In this document: positions 7,447 through 16,126 of the stretch, piece after piece
How positions within the stretch are numbered: position 1 is the first letter of the stretch
Layout of the letters: every line of letters begins with the position of its first letter
Source of the DNA: a virus
Taxonomy: Duplodnaviria > Caudoviricetes
Virus record (IMG/VR): IMGVR_UViG_3300030098_005849
Coordinates: 1-50,642 of that record
Reading direction: 5' to 3' (one strand)
DNA: 50,642 bases
Position numbers and translations under genes: made by a program
The notes under the pieces: model-generated
Seen by the model: the letters and a program-made list of their open reading frames with translations, nothing else
What the model was told of the DNA's origin: nothing
The model's database searches: none

Positions 7447-8199
7447 TCAGGATAATAGCTTAACGTCTTGGATAGAGTCAAGTAAACTTGATCCATCATC
7501 ACCAGATCTCTTAAGCATTTCTTTTGCTATCTCTGCCTTGACTTTACGTTCTTGTCGTGGTAAGTCTGACAGTCTACGTTGGTTCTCAAAGATTTTAATC
7601 TTAAGTAGTTCCATCTTTTCAGATAAATCTAGTAGTTGTAAATGCCATCCTTCACTGCATATCTCAGCAGAAGTAGAAATCTTTTTCTTGCCAATAGTTG
7701 TTTTACCATCATAATAATCAGAGGTTTTCTTAGCTTCAATATATATATCAAAGGAATAACCTATATCAAGGTGGCTTTCTCTACCTATGATATCTTTCCA
7801 ATCAGATCTTTTAATAGGTTTAAATCTAAACTCTTCAAGAATAGGTGGCATGATCCAATCAAACTCAGTGGAATCTGTGTCTCCATGAATCCAATAGAGT
7901 GTTATCACTTTTGATTTTTTCATTTCAATCTTACCACCAAAGTCTTCGATGTCATCACCAATACCTCTGTACTGTTCTTTCATGTCATCAAATTCTTTTC
8001 TTGCTTGTCGCTCACAACCTACTTGTAAATCGTATGCGTAATCTTTTAATTTCTTGGTGAGTTCTTTACGTTGTTCAAAGAGTTGTTTCTTTTCTTCATG
8101 TAAATCTTCTTCAAGTTGTTGAACTTTAATAGCGATGAGATCATCCTTTGTTATTTGACAATCTACTTTTCTAAACATCTCAATATTTGAATCCATCAT
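7447..8199 (-). CDS. Hypothetical protein, coiled coils at both ends
   Basis: 250 aa ORF, SD AAGGAG. Confidence 0.75.
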   Translation of the reverse strand: MMDSNIEMFRKVDCQITKDDLIAIKVQQLEEDLHEEKKQLFEQRKELTKKLKDYAYDLQVGCERQARKEFDDMKEQYRGIGDDIEDFGGKIEMKKSKVITLYWIHGDTDSTEFDWIMPPILEEFRFKPIKRSDWKDIIGRESHLDIGYSFDIYIEAKKTSDYYDGKTTIGKKKISTSAEICSEGWHLQLLDLSEKMELLKIKIFENQRRLSDLPRQERKVKAEIAKEMLKRSGDDGSSLLDSIQDVKLLS

Positions 8200-9010
8200 T
8201 ATCTCCTTTATAAATGGTAGTCAAAGTTTCATGAAGAGCTTCGTCACTCTTCTTAATACTATTTCTGTATCCCTTTAAAGCTTTTATAACTTCAGGATCG
8301 TTAAGTATAACAGATCCAAACTCAGGAATGGAGTGTTCGTTTAACTGATTAAACATTTTATTAACTAATCTCGTAAGGTAATCTTTGTTATCATGCTTAC
8401 TGTAGTAAGGCTCAAGGTAATGACCAGTCAATACATATTTCTTTGCAACTGAATGCATAACCTCCAAGAGATCTATGTAATCGTACTTGTACATTGGTGC
8501 AGTAGTAGTGCCTCTCTTTTTCTTGGCAGCTCTTCTACGTTTTAATGTCTTAGTACAATACTCATAGTAATCTGATCCTTTCTTTGAAATAATAAAGGTA
8601 TCTTTATATCGTTCTTCAATATGATGATCAAAGATATTTATATGAGGAAACAATCTAAAGGTAGGTATTAGTTCAGAAGGATCTACATACTCAGTTAAGA
8701 TAGGAAGATCATAAACAAAAATCCTTTTTTCAAATATAGTCCTTCTTTTTTCTATAGAATAAGAAGGTATTTCAGATTCTTTGATCCTACTTATATAGGT
8801 TGGCATAGAAGGGTCATCGTATTTTTCTTTAACCTGACTTACTGCATCTTCGTAGGTTTCAGAAGTAATAACTCTGTCTTCATAGATAGCATCAAGTATT
8901 TCTTCTGAGTTTTCAGTTTGTTTATAAGTGAAATGGTTTGTATATTCTGTATCTTTTCTTTTAGGTTGTATCCAATGCATAAGCTCATTGTCTACGGCTA
9001 GTCGTCCCAT
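8180..9010 (-). CDS. Hypothetical protein
   Basis: 276 aa ORF, SD GGAGGAG, overlaps both neighbours. Confidence 0.75.
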   Translation of the reverse strand: MGRLAVDNELMHWIQPKRKDTEYTNHFTYKQTENSEEILDAIYEDRVITSETYEDAVSQVKEKYDDPSMPTYISRIKESEIPSYSIEKRRTIFEKRIFVYDLPILTEYVDPSELIPTFRLFPHINIFDHHIEERYKDTFIISKKGSDYYEYCTKTLKRRRAAKKKRGTTTAPMYKYDYIDLLEVMHSVAKKYVLTGHYLEPYYSKHDNKDYLTRLVNKMFNQLNEHSIPEFGSVILNDPEVIKALKGYRNSIKKSDEALHETLTTIYKGDNDGFKY

Positions 9011-9843
9011 CGGTATACTCCTCCTCCTATACCTTTCATTGTAGCTTCTTCAGCTTTAGTTGCTTCTACAATATTTCTGTATTCATTACGCAATAGGTGC
9101 TGTAACTTCTTGCATTTATGTCTTAATGTGAATGCATTTGTGTCACGCCAATGCGAAGTGTATGCTTGGTAAGTGTTGTAGAAATTAGAGTATTGAAACT
9201 CTGGATGTTCTGGGGTTCGTAAGTGCTTGAGGACATGGGGAACACATCGTGGTTGGATGATACCTATGTCCATAGTCCTAACTACGAAATCATTACGTTG
9301 CATATCATCATCAAAGTGATCCATCTCTTTCCAATCTTGTTGTTCTTTGTTCATAGCTTTGACACTTTCTAACAGTTGAACAGGTAGTTGGTACATGAAG
9401 AAGTCAAGATCAATTTCAATGTTGGCTGTGTGTTTACGCTTGTTGATAAACTCTGCCCACATTTGTTTGTTAGTGCATATGCCTACTTGTTCTCCGAGTA
9501 GTGCAGTGAGGCTGAACTTCTTGGTGTGATCATTGAGGATAGCAGTTTGATAAGTTGTTTGAGATGAGTCCACATCTGTATGGTTAAGATTGTACCAAGA
9601 TAAGATAGTTCCTTGGTCGTTAGATAATAGATGCCTAGGTTCTGACAGTTCAATGTTCATACGTGAACAATGTTCTCTAAACTTCTCATTGACTGTTACG
9701 CTATGAACAGGATGATGAGTTTTAGTGCGTACATATTTAGTTGTAAGATTTTTCTCTTCAAATGAGTTAAGAGTTCTTTCACATACACATGTACCCCATG
9801 CATACTGTTTTCCGATTTCGTAATTAGGTGCAGTTACCACCAT
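8998..9843 (-). CDS. DUF932-like protein
   Basis: G.QV.ICTN......KRKHT motif and C-terminal Y..YQAYT; SD AAGGAGG. Confidence 0.6.
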   Translation of the reverse strand: MVVTAPNYEIGKQYAWGTCVCERTLNSFEEKNLTTKYVRTKTHHPVHSVTVNEKFREHCSRMNIELSEPRHLLSNDQGTILSWYNLNHTDVDSSQTTYQTAILNDHTKKFSLTALLGEQVGICTNKQMWAEFINKRKHTANIEIDLDFFMYQLPVQLLESVKAMNKEQQDWKEMDHFDDDMQRNDFVVRTMDIGIIQPRCVPHVLKHLRTPEHPEFQYSNFYNTYQAYTSHWRDTNAFTLRHKCKKLQHLLRNEYRNIVEATKAEEATMKGIGGGVYRWDD

Positions 9844-10228
9844 AATATTGATCCTCCTTTATAAGATCTAAGGGTTTTTTGGTAGCCACAGTAGCTACTT
9901 GTTCTATACGTTTACATATCTCTTCGAGTGTAAATCTTGGTGGGTCTATGGCAAGATAACCAAAAGCATCACGCTTGTGTTTGTCTTGAACACGACACTC
10001 ATCAATCATTCTGAAAAACTTTTTCATAAGGTCTTTGTTTTGACGACAACAAGCGGTCGCCTCTTGCATGATCAATTCATGTCTAGCCATCAATATGTAT
10101 TGCCATATCATGAGATTGGATAGATCAAGTTCTGGATCAGGAAGTGATGCCAAGAACCTGTCTAAATGCAGTACTTGTGCTTGCACACGATTGTACACTT
10201 GAAAAATATTAATATCAGTTGAGGTCAT
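9824..10228 (-). CDS. Hypothetical protein
   Basis: 134 aa ORF, SD AGGGGA. Confidence 0.65.
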   Translation of the reverse strand: MTSTDINIFQVYNRVQAQVLHLDRFLASLPDPELDLSNLMIWQYILMARHELIMQEATACCRQNKDLMKKFFRMIDECRVQDKHKRDAFGYLAIDPPRFTLEEICKRIEQVATVATKKPLDLIKEDQYYGGNCT

Positions 10229-10294
10229 TCTTGATCCCCTATAGTTGTTACGACTCCTATAATTGCCCAGACAATCCAGATAATAAATAGAAGT

Positions 10295-10651
10295 TCAATC
10301 CATCCTCCCGTCATAATCACCGTGCTTCCATGCTTTAGGACGTTCTTGTGAGTTGTAAATGTATTCTTGTATAAGTTCTTGTTCATCAGGTCGATACCAG
10401 TCAATGAACTTATCTAAGAAACGACTAGGTATGAATCCCTCTGTATTGGTTGAATAATCGAAGGTTATGTCTCTTGGTACGTTTTCTTTGTCCAACATAG
10501 TCAACACGATCTGTTGCCCCTCCAGACACAGCAGTTCTCCTATTGTTGACAGTCTGGTTACAGCTCCTAGTACTCCGAAGTTTCCTCTTAGTGGAATGTT
10601 TTCTAGGAACAAAGATTTTTGTGACCTTAAGACGTCTAAGTTTCCGCTCAT
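10295..10651 (-). CDS. Hypothetical protein
   Basis: ATG 10651 with SD AAGGA; 118 aa. Confidence 0.6.
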   Translation of the reverse strand: MSGNLDVLRSQKSLFLENIPLRGNFGVLGAVTRLSTIGELLCLEGQQIVLTMLDKENVPRDITFDYSTNTEGFIPSRFLDKFIDWYRPDEQELIQEYIYNSQERPKAWKHGDYDGRMD

Positions 10652-10925
10652 TTTCAATCCTTTCCAGCTTCATAGCTGATACTTCTACAGATGAGAATCC
10701 TCTCATATGAGAGTTAGTTGGTACTGGTACATTCAGTTCGATACATTCTTTTTGACAGTAATATTCAGAGTGAACGTCTTCAATATCATATGGGTTAGGT
10801 GAGTCATTAACGAGATAATCGATTTTATCTAGGAACATGTCCCAATCGCAGTCTTCAGACCACGGAATATTTGATACTTGAGTAAGGTCTTTTACAGTTA
10901 TGTGAGACCATTTTATGATTGACAT
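10425..10925 (-). CDS. Hypothetical protein (acidic N-half; C-terminal part overlaps the next gene)
   Basis: 166 aa ORF; purine-rich sequence upstream. Confidence 0.55.
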   Translation of the reverse strand: MSIIKWSHITVKDLTQVSNIPWSEDCDWDMFLDKIDYLVNDSPNPYDIEDVHSEYYCQKECIELNVPVPTNSHMRGFSSVEVSAMKLERIENERKLRRLKVTKIFVPRKHSTKRKLRSTRSCNQTVNNRRTAVSGGATDRVDYVGQRKRTKRHNLRLFNQYRGIHT

Positions 10926-11011
10926 CCTTGTCTACCCCTTTTTGTAAGTGTTTTAATATGGAAGAGAATCCCGAAGGAAGGCAGTTTATACACTTGCCTA
11001 GGTGTTCGGGG

Positions 11012-11455
11012 TCAACCAAATCGACTATCTTGTCGAGGTGCTTGCTCAGTTGTATATGAAACTTCAGCGGGATCAATACCGTGAATCTCACACAATCTAT
11101 GAGCTGTTTCTTCTGGAATGTTTTTCCAGAACATGGAGATGCATAGACCAAACGAAGGTTGAGTACCGTTCGCTTCCATCTCTGGGGTAATCTGTTCCAT
11201 GCGGTGATTAGGTACAGTTGATTTGAATCCAGCAGTACCAACTTGCTTAGTACCTGTTGGTCTGTAATTCACACCCCATATACCATTACGGCATGAAGGA
11301 ATAAGTTTTGATGCATCGATAGACATCTCACAGATTCCATCGTCATAAGTAAGAATGGGTTTACCATCTTGTACAGAAACTAGAGGACGATTAGAACTAG
11401 TTTCTTTTGAGTTGAAGTTGTTAATAAGATTGTAATCTACGGTTGAAGTTGTCAT
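11012..11455 (-). CDS. Hypothetical early protein
   Basis: ATG 11455 with SD AAAGGA; 147 aa; follows a hairpin element. Confidence 0.7.
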   Translation of the reverse strand: MTTSTVDYNLINNFNSKETSSNRPLVSVQDGKPILTYDDGICEMSIDASKLIPSCRNGIWGVNYRPTGTKQVGTAGFKSTVPNHRMEQITPEMEANGTQPSFGLCISMFWKNIPEETAHRLCEIHGIDPAEVSYTTEQAPRQDSRFG

Positions 11456-11501
11456 TTTATTTCCTTTCAATTAAATAAAACAAACGATTAGTAATGAAGA
11501 A

Positions 11502-11543
11502 GAAACCTCTCCCCCTTCACAAGGGGAGGGGGGAGAGTGTTTC
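11502..11543. promoter_or_regulatory. Early-region bulged hairpin 1
   Basis: GAAACCTCTCCCCCTT-CAC-AAGGGGAGGGGGGAGAGTGTTTC, intergenic. Confidence 0.65.
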
Positions 11544-11545
11544 GA

Positions 11546-11827
11546 TTAACAGCGATCAATATCTATACGTATTTCTTTGAACTCTGGTAACGGTTTATCG
11601 TCTCTGTATGCCTCTATCAGCTTCTGAGAGCGTCTTTCGTATTCAGCTAAGGCTTGATCTGTCTTCTTTTCGATCTCGTTGAACTCAAGTTTGCGTTCAA
11701 GAGACCAGACGTCACATTGAAGTCTGCTGATTTTCTTTTCCAGCTTTAGGTTTTCTTCGAGGAGTTGCATGTTCTTTTCAGCTTGCTCCTCATATTGTTC
11801 TTGCCAATACTTGTATAGGTCAGTCAT
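11546..11827 (-). CDS. Hypothetical coiled-coil early protein
   Basis: 93 aa, SD AAGGAGG, TAATG coupling. Confidence 0.75.
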   Translation of the reverse strand: MTDLYKYWQEQYEEQAEKNMQLLEENLKLEKKISRLQCDVWSLERKLEFNEIEKKTDQALAEYERRSQKLIEAYRDDKPLPEFKEIRIDIDRC

Positions 11828-12027
11828 TAGATACCTCCTTTCACTAATGGAGTACTGAGTGCAAGCTCAGTATTCAGGTCAGATAAGATACGGTCTTCGG
11901 TGAGGATCTCACGATGAGCATCCACGTAGAGTTGTTGTTCAAGTCCATCACTTACGGTATCTTGCCCGTACTTGGCTCGCCATGCTAAGATGATTCTTGA
12001 TACTTGATCAATAGTAAGTAAATGCAT
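11827..12027 (-). CDS. Hypothetical early protein
   Basis: 66 aa, leader AAGGAGAATCCAATG. Confidence 0.7.
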   Translation of the reverse strand: MHLLTIDQVSRIILAWRAKYGQDTVSDGLEQQLYVDAHREILTEDRILSDLNTELALSTPLVKGGI

Positions 12028-12074
12028 TGGATTCTCCTTTCAAGAGAAAAATAAAAATAAAAAGGTAAGAGGTT

Positions 12075-12104
12075 CTGCCCTCTCCCGCAGGGGAGAGAGG
12101 GCAG
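12075..12104. promoter_or_regulatory. Early-region bulged hairpin 2
   Basis: CTGCCCTCTCCC-GCAG-GGGAGAGAGGGCAG. Confidence 0.7.
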
Positions 12105-12116
12105 GATCTCAGATAT

Positions 12117-12368
12117 TCAGAATGGAGCTTTATCAGGCTCATCATCAAGGAAGATCAATTCATCACCATTATCATTGATTTGAATACCTGATGTCATATA
12201 ATCGGGATATTTAGGGAGTTGATCTCGCAAGTCAGATATCTGTGACTTTAGCCTACAATTACATTCTCGTAAATGTATTTTCTCCTGCGTCAACTGATCT
12301 ACTTGCCTTAATAAAGATTCTGCTAGGATCTCTAGATCATCTGTACTAAATCTATTAAACTTACTCAT
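12117..12368 (-). CDS. Hypothetical coiled-coil early protein with acidic ...DDEPDKAPF tail
   Basis: ATG 12368 with SD AAGGAG; the C-terminus resembles an SSB-type acidic tip. Confidence 0.7.
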   Translation of the reverse strand: MSKFNRFSTDDLEILAESLLRQVDQLTQEKIHLRECNCRLKSQISDLRDQLPKYPDYMTSGIQINDNGDELIFLDDEPDKAPF

Positions 12369-12407
12369 GATAAACACTCCTTATAAAAAATTAATAACGA
12401 TATACGG

Positions 12408-12446
12408 AAAACTTTTTTCCCCTTTAGGGGAAAAGAAAAAAGTTTT
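12408..12446. promoter_or_regulatory. Early-region bulged hairpin 3
   Basis: AAAACTTTTTTCCCC-TTTA-GGGGAAAAGAAAAAAGTTTT. Confidence 0.6.
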
Positions 12447-12447
12447 A

Positions 12448-12615
12448 TTAACAATATTCGACTTTTTCTTGTTCTTTTCGTGTTAAGGGACATATGAATT
12501 CGTAAAAGAGGTACTGTAGTTCTCTTATTTCTTCTTCTTCTAGCCATTCATAGTACATTTCATTACGAAGTGTTTCTGATGCTATTGGTGAGTATGGTAG
12601 TGAGTGTGGGTACAT
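12448..12615 (-). CDS. 55-aa acidic early protein (MYPHSLPYSPIASETLRNEMYYEWLEEEE...)
   Basis: Start reassigned to ATG 12615; same AAGGAGAATCCAATG leader as 11827..12027. Confidence 0.65.
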   Translation of the reverse strand: MYPHSLPYSPIASETLRNEMYYEWLEEEEIRELQYLFYEFICPLTRKEQEKVEYC

Positions 12616-12657
12616 TGGATTCTCCTTGTAGAAAAAAGTATTAAAGTTGGAGAGGTG

Positions 12658-12684
12658 ACTGCCCTCCCGCAGGGAGAGGGCAGT
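12658..12684. promoter_or_regulatory. Early-region bulged hairpin 4
   Basis: ACTGCCCTCCC-GCA-GGGAGAGGGCAGT, near copy of hairpin 2. Confidence 0.7.
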
Positions 12685-12879
12685 TACCGATAAGAGATAA
12701 CCAAACAGGCAACAGCCTACCGATAACAGGGTATGGTGCTTAAGTAGTAAGTAATAAGGGGTTAGCAGCAATATCGTGGCTAGAAAGGTGAAAGCCCCCC
12801 ATGTTAACGCTAGTTATCTATAAGAAAGGACAAATTTCTACAGGAATTTTTCACTATTTGCAACTTATCTTTGCAACTC

Positions 12880-13136
12880 TGTACCATACTAGTACCACAC
12901 TTGTACCATACCTCCTGGTACGCCATATCCTTTGTGGTTGTTTTGTATGCCCTATTATTATAGTTTGTACCAGTTGTACCATACTTATAAAGCTAATACG
13001 TAGTAAGGTATATAATATATAGTAACTTAATGTGTGGTACATGTGGTACAACCACTAAAAAACGAGCCTAGTATGCTAACCAAGCTCGCTTTTTTGTACC
13101 AAAACCTATGGAACAGGTCTGGTACGTTATGGTACA
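12880..13136. repeat. Iteron array (GTACCA/TGGTAC) around an AT-rich core; probable replication origin
   Basis: GTACCA at 12881, 12892, 12903, 12967, 12976, 13096; TGGTAC at 12916, 13035, 13044, 13120, 13130; AT-rich 12981-13030; downstream of the SF3 helicase. Confidence 0.75.
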
Positions 13137-13144
13137 GGATAGGG

Positions 13145-13432
13145 TTAATCAAGAAATTCAGTATGAACTACAAAGGCTCCTTCAGCACTATTAAGAATAA
13201 TCGAATCCCCACCATCAATAAACGTCCATAGGGTGCCGTTTTCATCGGCAAGCATATCACCTGTTACGTAGTCCCCCTGGCAAAAATACATCCATAAAAA
13301 TTTAGCTGGGATATCGCATAAATTCTTATAGCTTTTACCCAAGATCTTTTTTAAGGCTTGAAATTTACCACTATTAATCCCTTTTTCAGGGATAAAATCA
13401 AATTCACTTTCCATATTACATAAGCTCCTCAA
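13145..13432 (-). CDS. Hypothetical protein
   Basis: 95 aa ORF after the helicase; true start may be the second Met (13414, SD GAGGAG). Confidence 0.55.
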   Translation of the reverse strand: MRSLCNMESEFDFIPEKGINSGKFQALKKILGKSYKNLCDIPAKFLWMYFCQGDYVTGDMLADENGTLWTFIDGGDSIILNSAEGAFVVHTEFLD

Positions 13433-14819
13433 AATGTTTACGAATCGAAAGGCCCTTTAATCCTCTCTTACCCCCGCCTCCTTGTCGGTGACGGCTTAAG
13501 TCCCAACTTGACTGTGTCTGTATTTTATACACAAGTTGGTTTTTAGGGATAAAGACATTTCGAATATGATTAGATTTAATCCAGTCGTTCCAACTTTCCC
13601 AAATATATTCGGTACTCACGAAACCATCTGTATTACGTACGAATCGTTCTTCCAGGAAATGGTCAAACGGGTTATTTTGCAAATGATACATTTGTATGGT
13701 TTCTTCTGCAGAACCAGGCATTATAAAACGTTCACCTTTTGTAACTTGAATCGCTCCTTCTATACACCAGCGAGCTATACCCTCCAATTCGTTCATCAAT
13801 TTATTAATTAAATAGGGGTCTTCTTTGCCCTCAAATGACACTTCAAAGGGTAAAACAAGCATTTTAGACGATAATCCCCTACCTTTATTAGGGAGATTAG
13901 GTATCTCATTTGCTTGGATAATAGGTGCTGCATTTACAACAATATTTTGCAGCTGTCTTTGGAATTTAATATTGATACTAATAGGGTCTTGACCAATGAT
14001 TTGTTTCAATACTCTTACAGCCCGTTCACTACTTCTGGTATCAAGATCGCTAACTTCAGAAATAAGCAATACTCTACAAGTCTGTAATCCATCTAATCCA
14101 AAATCCCCTGATATATCATCTAGGGAAGTAGATTTAAAAGTCTCTTGACCTAGTAAAACCTGCAATATCTTAGCAATAGTACCCTTACCACTTCTTACTT
14201 TACCGTGCATTAAGAGCCATTTAGCCCTTTTACGGTGGTTTAAAAGGCAATAACCTAAATACATTTGCAATAATCGTTTCCAATCTTCGCAACCTTTAGA
14301 CCATTGATCAATGCATCGCATCCAGGTAGGACACTCTGCTTCTTTGTTGTAGGGGCAAGGAATAATTACATGGTCAAACCACGTTTCATCTCTGGGGATT
14401 AACTCTTGTGATCGAGTATCTAGTACATAATCTTGAAAAGCTATGCATTCTCCTGGGTCAGGCATTTCTTTTCTAGATACCCAAGCAGGAGTACTTACTT
14501 GTTCAAAACGAACTTTTGCTTTTAGACCTCTCATGATGTTATCTATTTTTGCTTTATTAGGAGAAAGTCTTCTTACGGAAGGAACTCCGTCTCTAACTTC
14601 TTGAAAATACGAATCTTCTAGTTCTCTCCAAAGAAAATCTTCAATCCATTCGTCATTTCGAATAACCCATTCATTGCCATACCAATGGTAATAACCGCCT
14701 TGGTGAAACCAAAGACCCCTCTTTTTATTAGGAGTACCGAAACTTTGACGTAAAACAGACTCAGCAATTTTCATAGGTTCACTAGATTCTAAAGGTCTAG
14801 CTTGAGTTCCTACTGTCAT
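13416..14819 (-). CDS. P4/D5-family SF3 helicase (no primase domain)
   Basis: Walker A GKVRSGKGT, Walker B LLISE, motif C IIQANEIP, D5_N-like region, C-terminal winged helix; SD AAAGGA. Confidence 0.9.
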   Translation of the reverse strand: MTVGTQARPLESSEPMKIAESVLRQSFGTPNKKRGLWFHQGGYYHWYGNEWVIRNDEWIEDFLWRELEDSYFQEVRDGVPSVRRLSPNKAKIDNIMRGLKAKVRFEQVSTPAWVSRKEMPDPGECIAFQDYVLDTRSQELIPRDETWFDHVIIPCPYNKEAECPTWMRCIDQWSKGCEDWKRLLQMYLGYCLLNHRKRAKWLLMHGKVRSGKGTIAKILQVLLGQETFKSTSLDDISGDFGLDGLQTCRVLLISEVSDLDTRSSERAVRVLKQIIGQDPISINIKFQRQLQNIVVNAAPIIQANEIPNLPNKGRGLSSKMLVLPFEVSFEGKEDPYLINKLMNELEGIARWCIEGAIQVTKGERFIMPGSAEETIQMYHLQNNPFDHFLEERFVRNTDGFVSTEYIWESWNDWIKSNHIRNVFIPKNQLVYKIQTQSSWDLSRHRQGGGGKRGLKGLSIRKHFEELM

Positions 14820-14841
14820 TGTGTTATCCTTTCTTTGGTGC

Positions 14842-14859
14842 AGGTAAGTGATTTTACCT
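14842..14859. promoter_or_regulatory. Palindrome in the divergent intergenic region
   Basis: AGGTAA-N6-TTACCT centred in the 67-bp gap between the two arms. Confidence 0.35.
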
Positions 14860-14886
14860 TAGTTAAAAAGATGCGAGGGAAAAAAA

Positions 14887-15639
14887 ATGGCAACTGATTT
14901 TGAAATGAAAGTTACAGAAGCTCGTATAGGAGAAAAAACTAATAAACTGCTTGCAGAAGCTTTGTACAAATCAGAGCTTGAAAAACGAAGACAAGAAAAT
15001 GAAGAACGAAGAAAAGAGATTGATGCAGACCAAGAATCTTTTTTTAGAAGTGTTCTTAAAGAATTGCCAGGAACTATAGTTGATAGAGCACAAGACCCTG
15101 ATTTTATAGCTGAAGCAGCATTAACTGCTGCTGGAGGTGGAGTTTTAGGGGCAGCAGGAAAAATTCCTGGAGTAAAACAAGCAATTGGAAGTGCCCTTTC
15201 TAAAGCACTTCCAAGGTTTAATCCTAATGTTTTAGGTTCTGGAGCAGGAGGAGTAGCTTCTGTAGAAGACGCAGGTGGTATTCTAAAAGGTTTAGGAAGA
15301 GTAATCACTGAATTTGATCCTGTTTCTAGAATTGCTCATAGGCAAATTAAAAGAAAAGGGCTTGAAAGAATCCCTTATGTTGGAGATGTAATAAGAGGGG
15401 GAAGACAACTTAAAAAAGGTCAACTTGGAAGAGGAGCTGCTAATCTTACATTTGGAGCAGGAGAAGGAGTTGCTACTGTAAACGAAGCTAGAGGAGTACA
15501 AGATATGCTGGCAGGACCAAGTCTTACTGGTGAATTTCTTGGGCAAGATCGATCTTATATGCAAATGGCTAAAGATTTTGCAAATCCTCCATACGATCCT
15601 ACTACAAGGACCACACCACAATTTAATGTTCAGTACTAA
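14887..15639 (+). CDS. Hypothetical protein, Gly/Ala-rich, internal-virion-like
   Basis: 250 aa; charged helix followed by AALTAAGGGVLGAAG stretch. Confidence 0.7.
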   Translation: MATDFEMKVTEARIGEKTNKLLAEALYKSELEKRRQENEERRKEIDADQESFFRSVLKELPGTIVDRAQDPDFIAEAALTAAGGGVLGAAGKIPGVKQAIGSALSKALPRFNPNVLGSGAGGVASVEDAGGILKGLGRVITEFDPVSRIAHRQIKRKGLERIPYVGDVIRGGRQLKKGQLGRGAANLTFGAGEGVATVNEARGVQDMLAGPSLTGEFLGQDRSYMQMAKDFANPPYDPTTRTTPQFNVQY

Positions 15640-16126
15640 TAACAATTTAAGGTTTTCAGAAAAAAAAGCATATATAGGTATTGGAAGTGGAATTAGGCTT
15701 TTTCGAGAAGAGTGGTACTGCGAAGAGTTGGGTTGTTCGTTACGGGCTTTTAAAAAACTTTGTAAGGCTTTATCGGTTCCACGTATTCGTATAGGAAGAA
15801 AATGGTATGTTGAGTTAACGTCTTTTCAGCTCGCCATTCGATACATTAGTCGAATAGGAGAACCTGATTTTACATCACCTTCTTCTGGAAGTAAAGGGTC
15901 ACAGCTTAATGTTTTGGAATTTCGTAAAAATATATCTGGGGTTGTATCTGAATTGCTTTATACTCAAAAACTACAAACAGGAAAATTAATTCAAACTACA
16001 AAGAAAGCTGCACAACTTGCAGCTAAAAAATTAATTGCCCTTGGAATGCATAATATTCCTGTTGCAGCTAAAGAAGACCTTGAACAAGAGGCTAATACAA
16101 TGGTAGACTTAAATAATGCAGAATGA
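15626..16126 (+). CDS. Winged-HTH (Xis/HTH_17-like) DNA-binding protein
   Basis: CEELGCSLRAFKKLCKALSVPRIRIGRKWYV; start probably ATG 15626. Confidence 0.55.
   Translation: MFSTNNNLRFSEKKAYIGIGSGIRLFREEWYCEELGCSLRAFKKLCKALSVPRIRIGRKWYVELTSFQLAIRYISRIGEPDFTSPSSGSKGSQLNVLEFRKNISGVVSELLYTQKLQTGKLIQTTKKAAQLAAKKLIALGMHNIPVAAKEDLEQEANTMVDLNNAE

Noticed and set aside
10946-10995. Fifth early hairpin with a UUCG loop (TCC-TTCG-GGA on the - strand)
   Set aside because: Core stem only about 3 bp and outer pairing is loose; too weak to group with the four clear elements
11502-13136. CRISPR array or mini-array
   Set aside because: The repeats are either 6-bp iterons or non-identical hairpins separated by whole genes; no constant repeat-spacer period and no cas operon
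12801-13231. Track ORFs 12801..13022, 12854..13051 and 13034..13231
   Set aside because: They overlie the iteron array, lack SDs and translate the repeats (LYH/LVP/WY); probably non-coding
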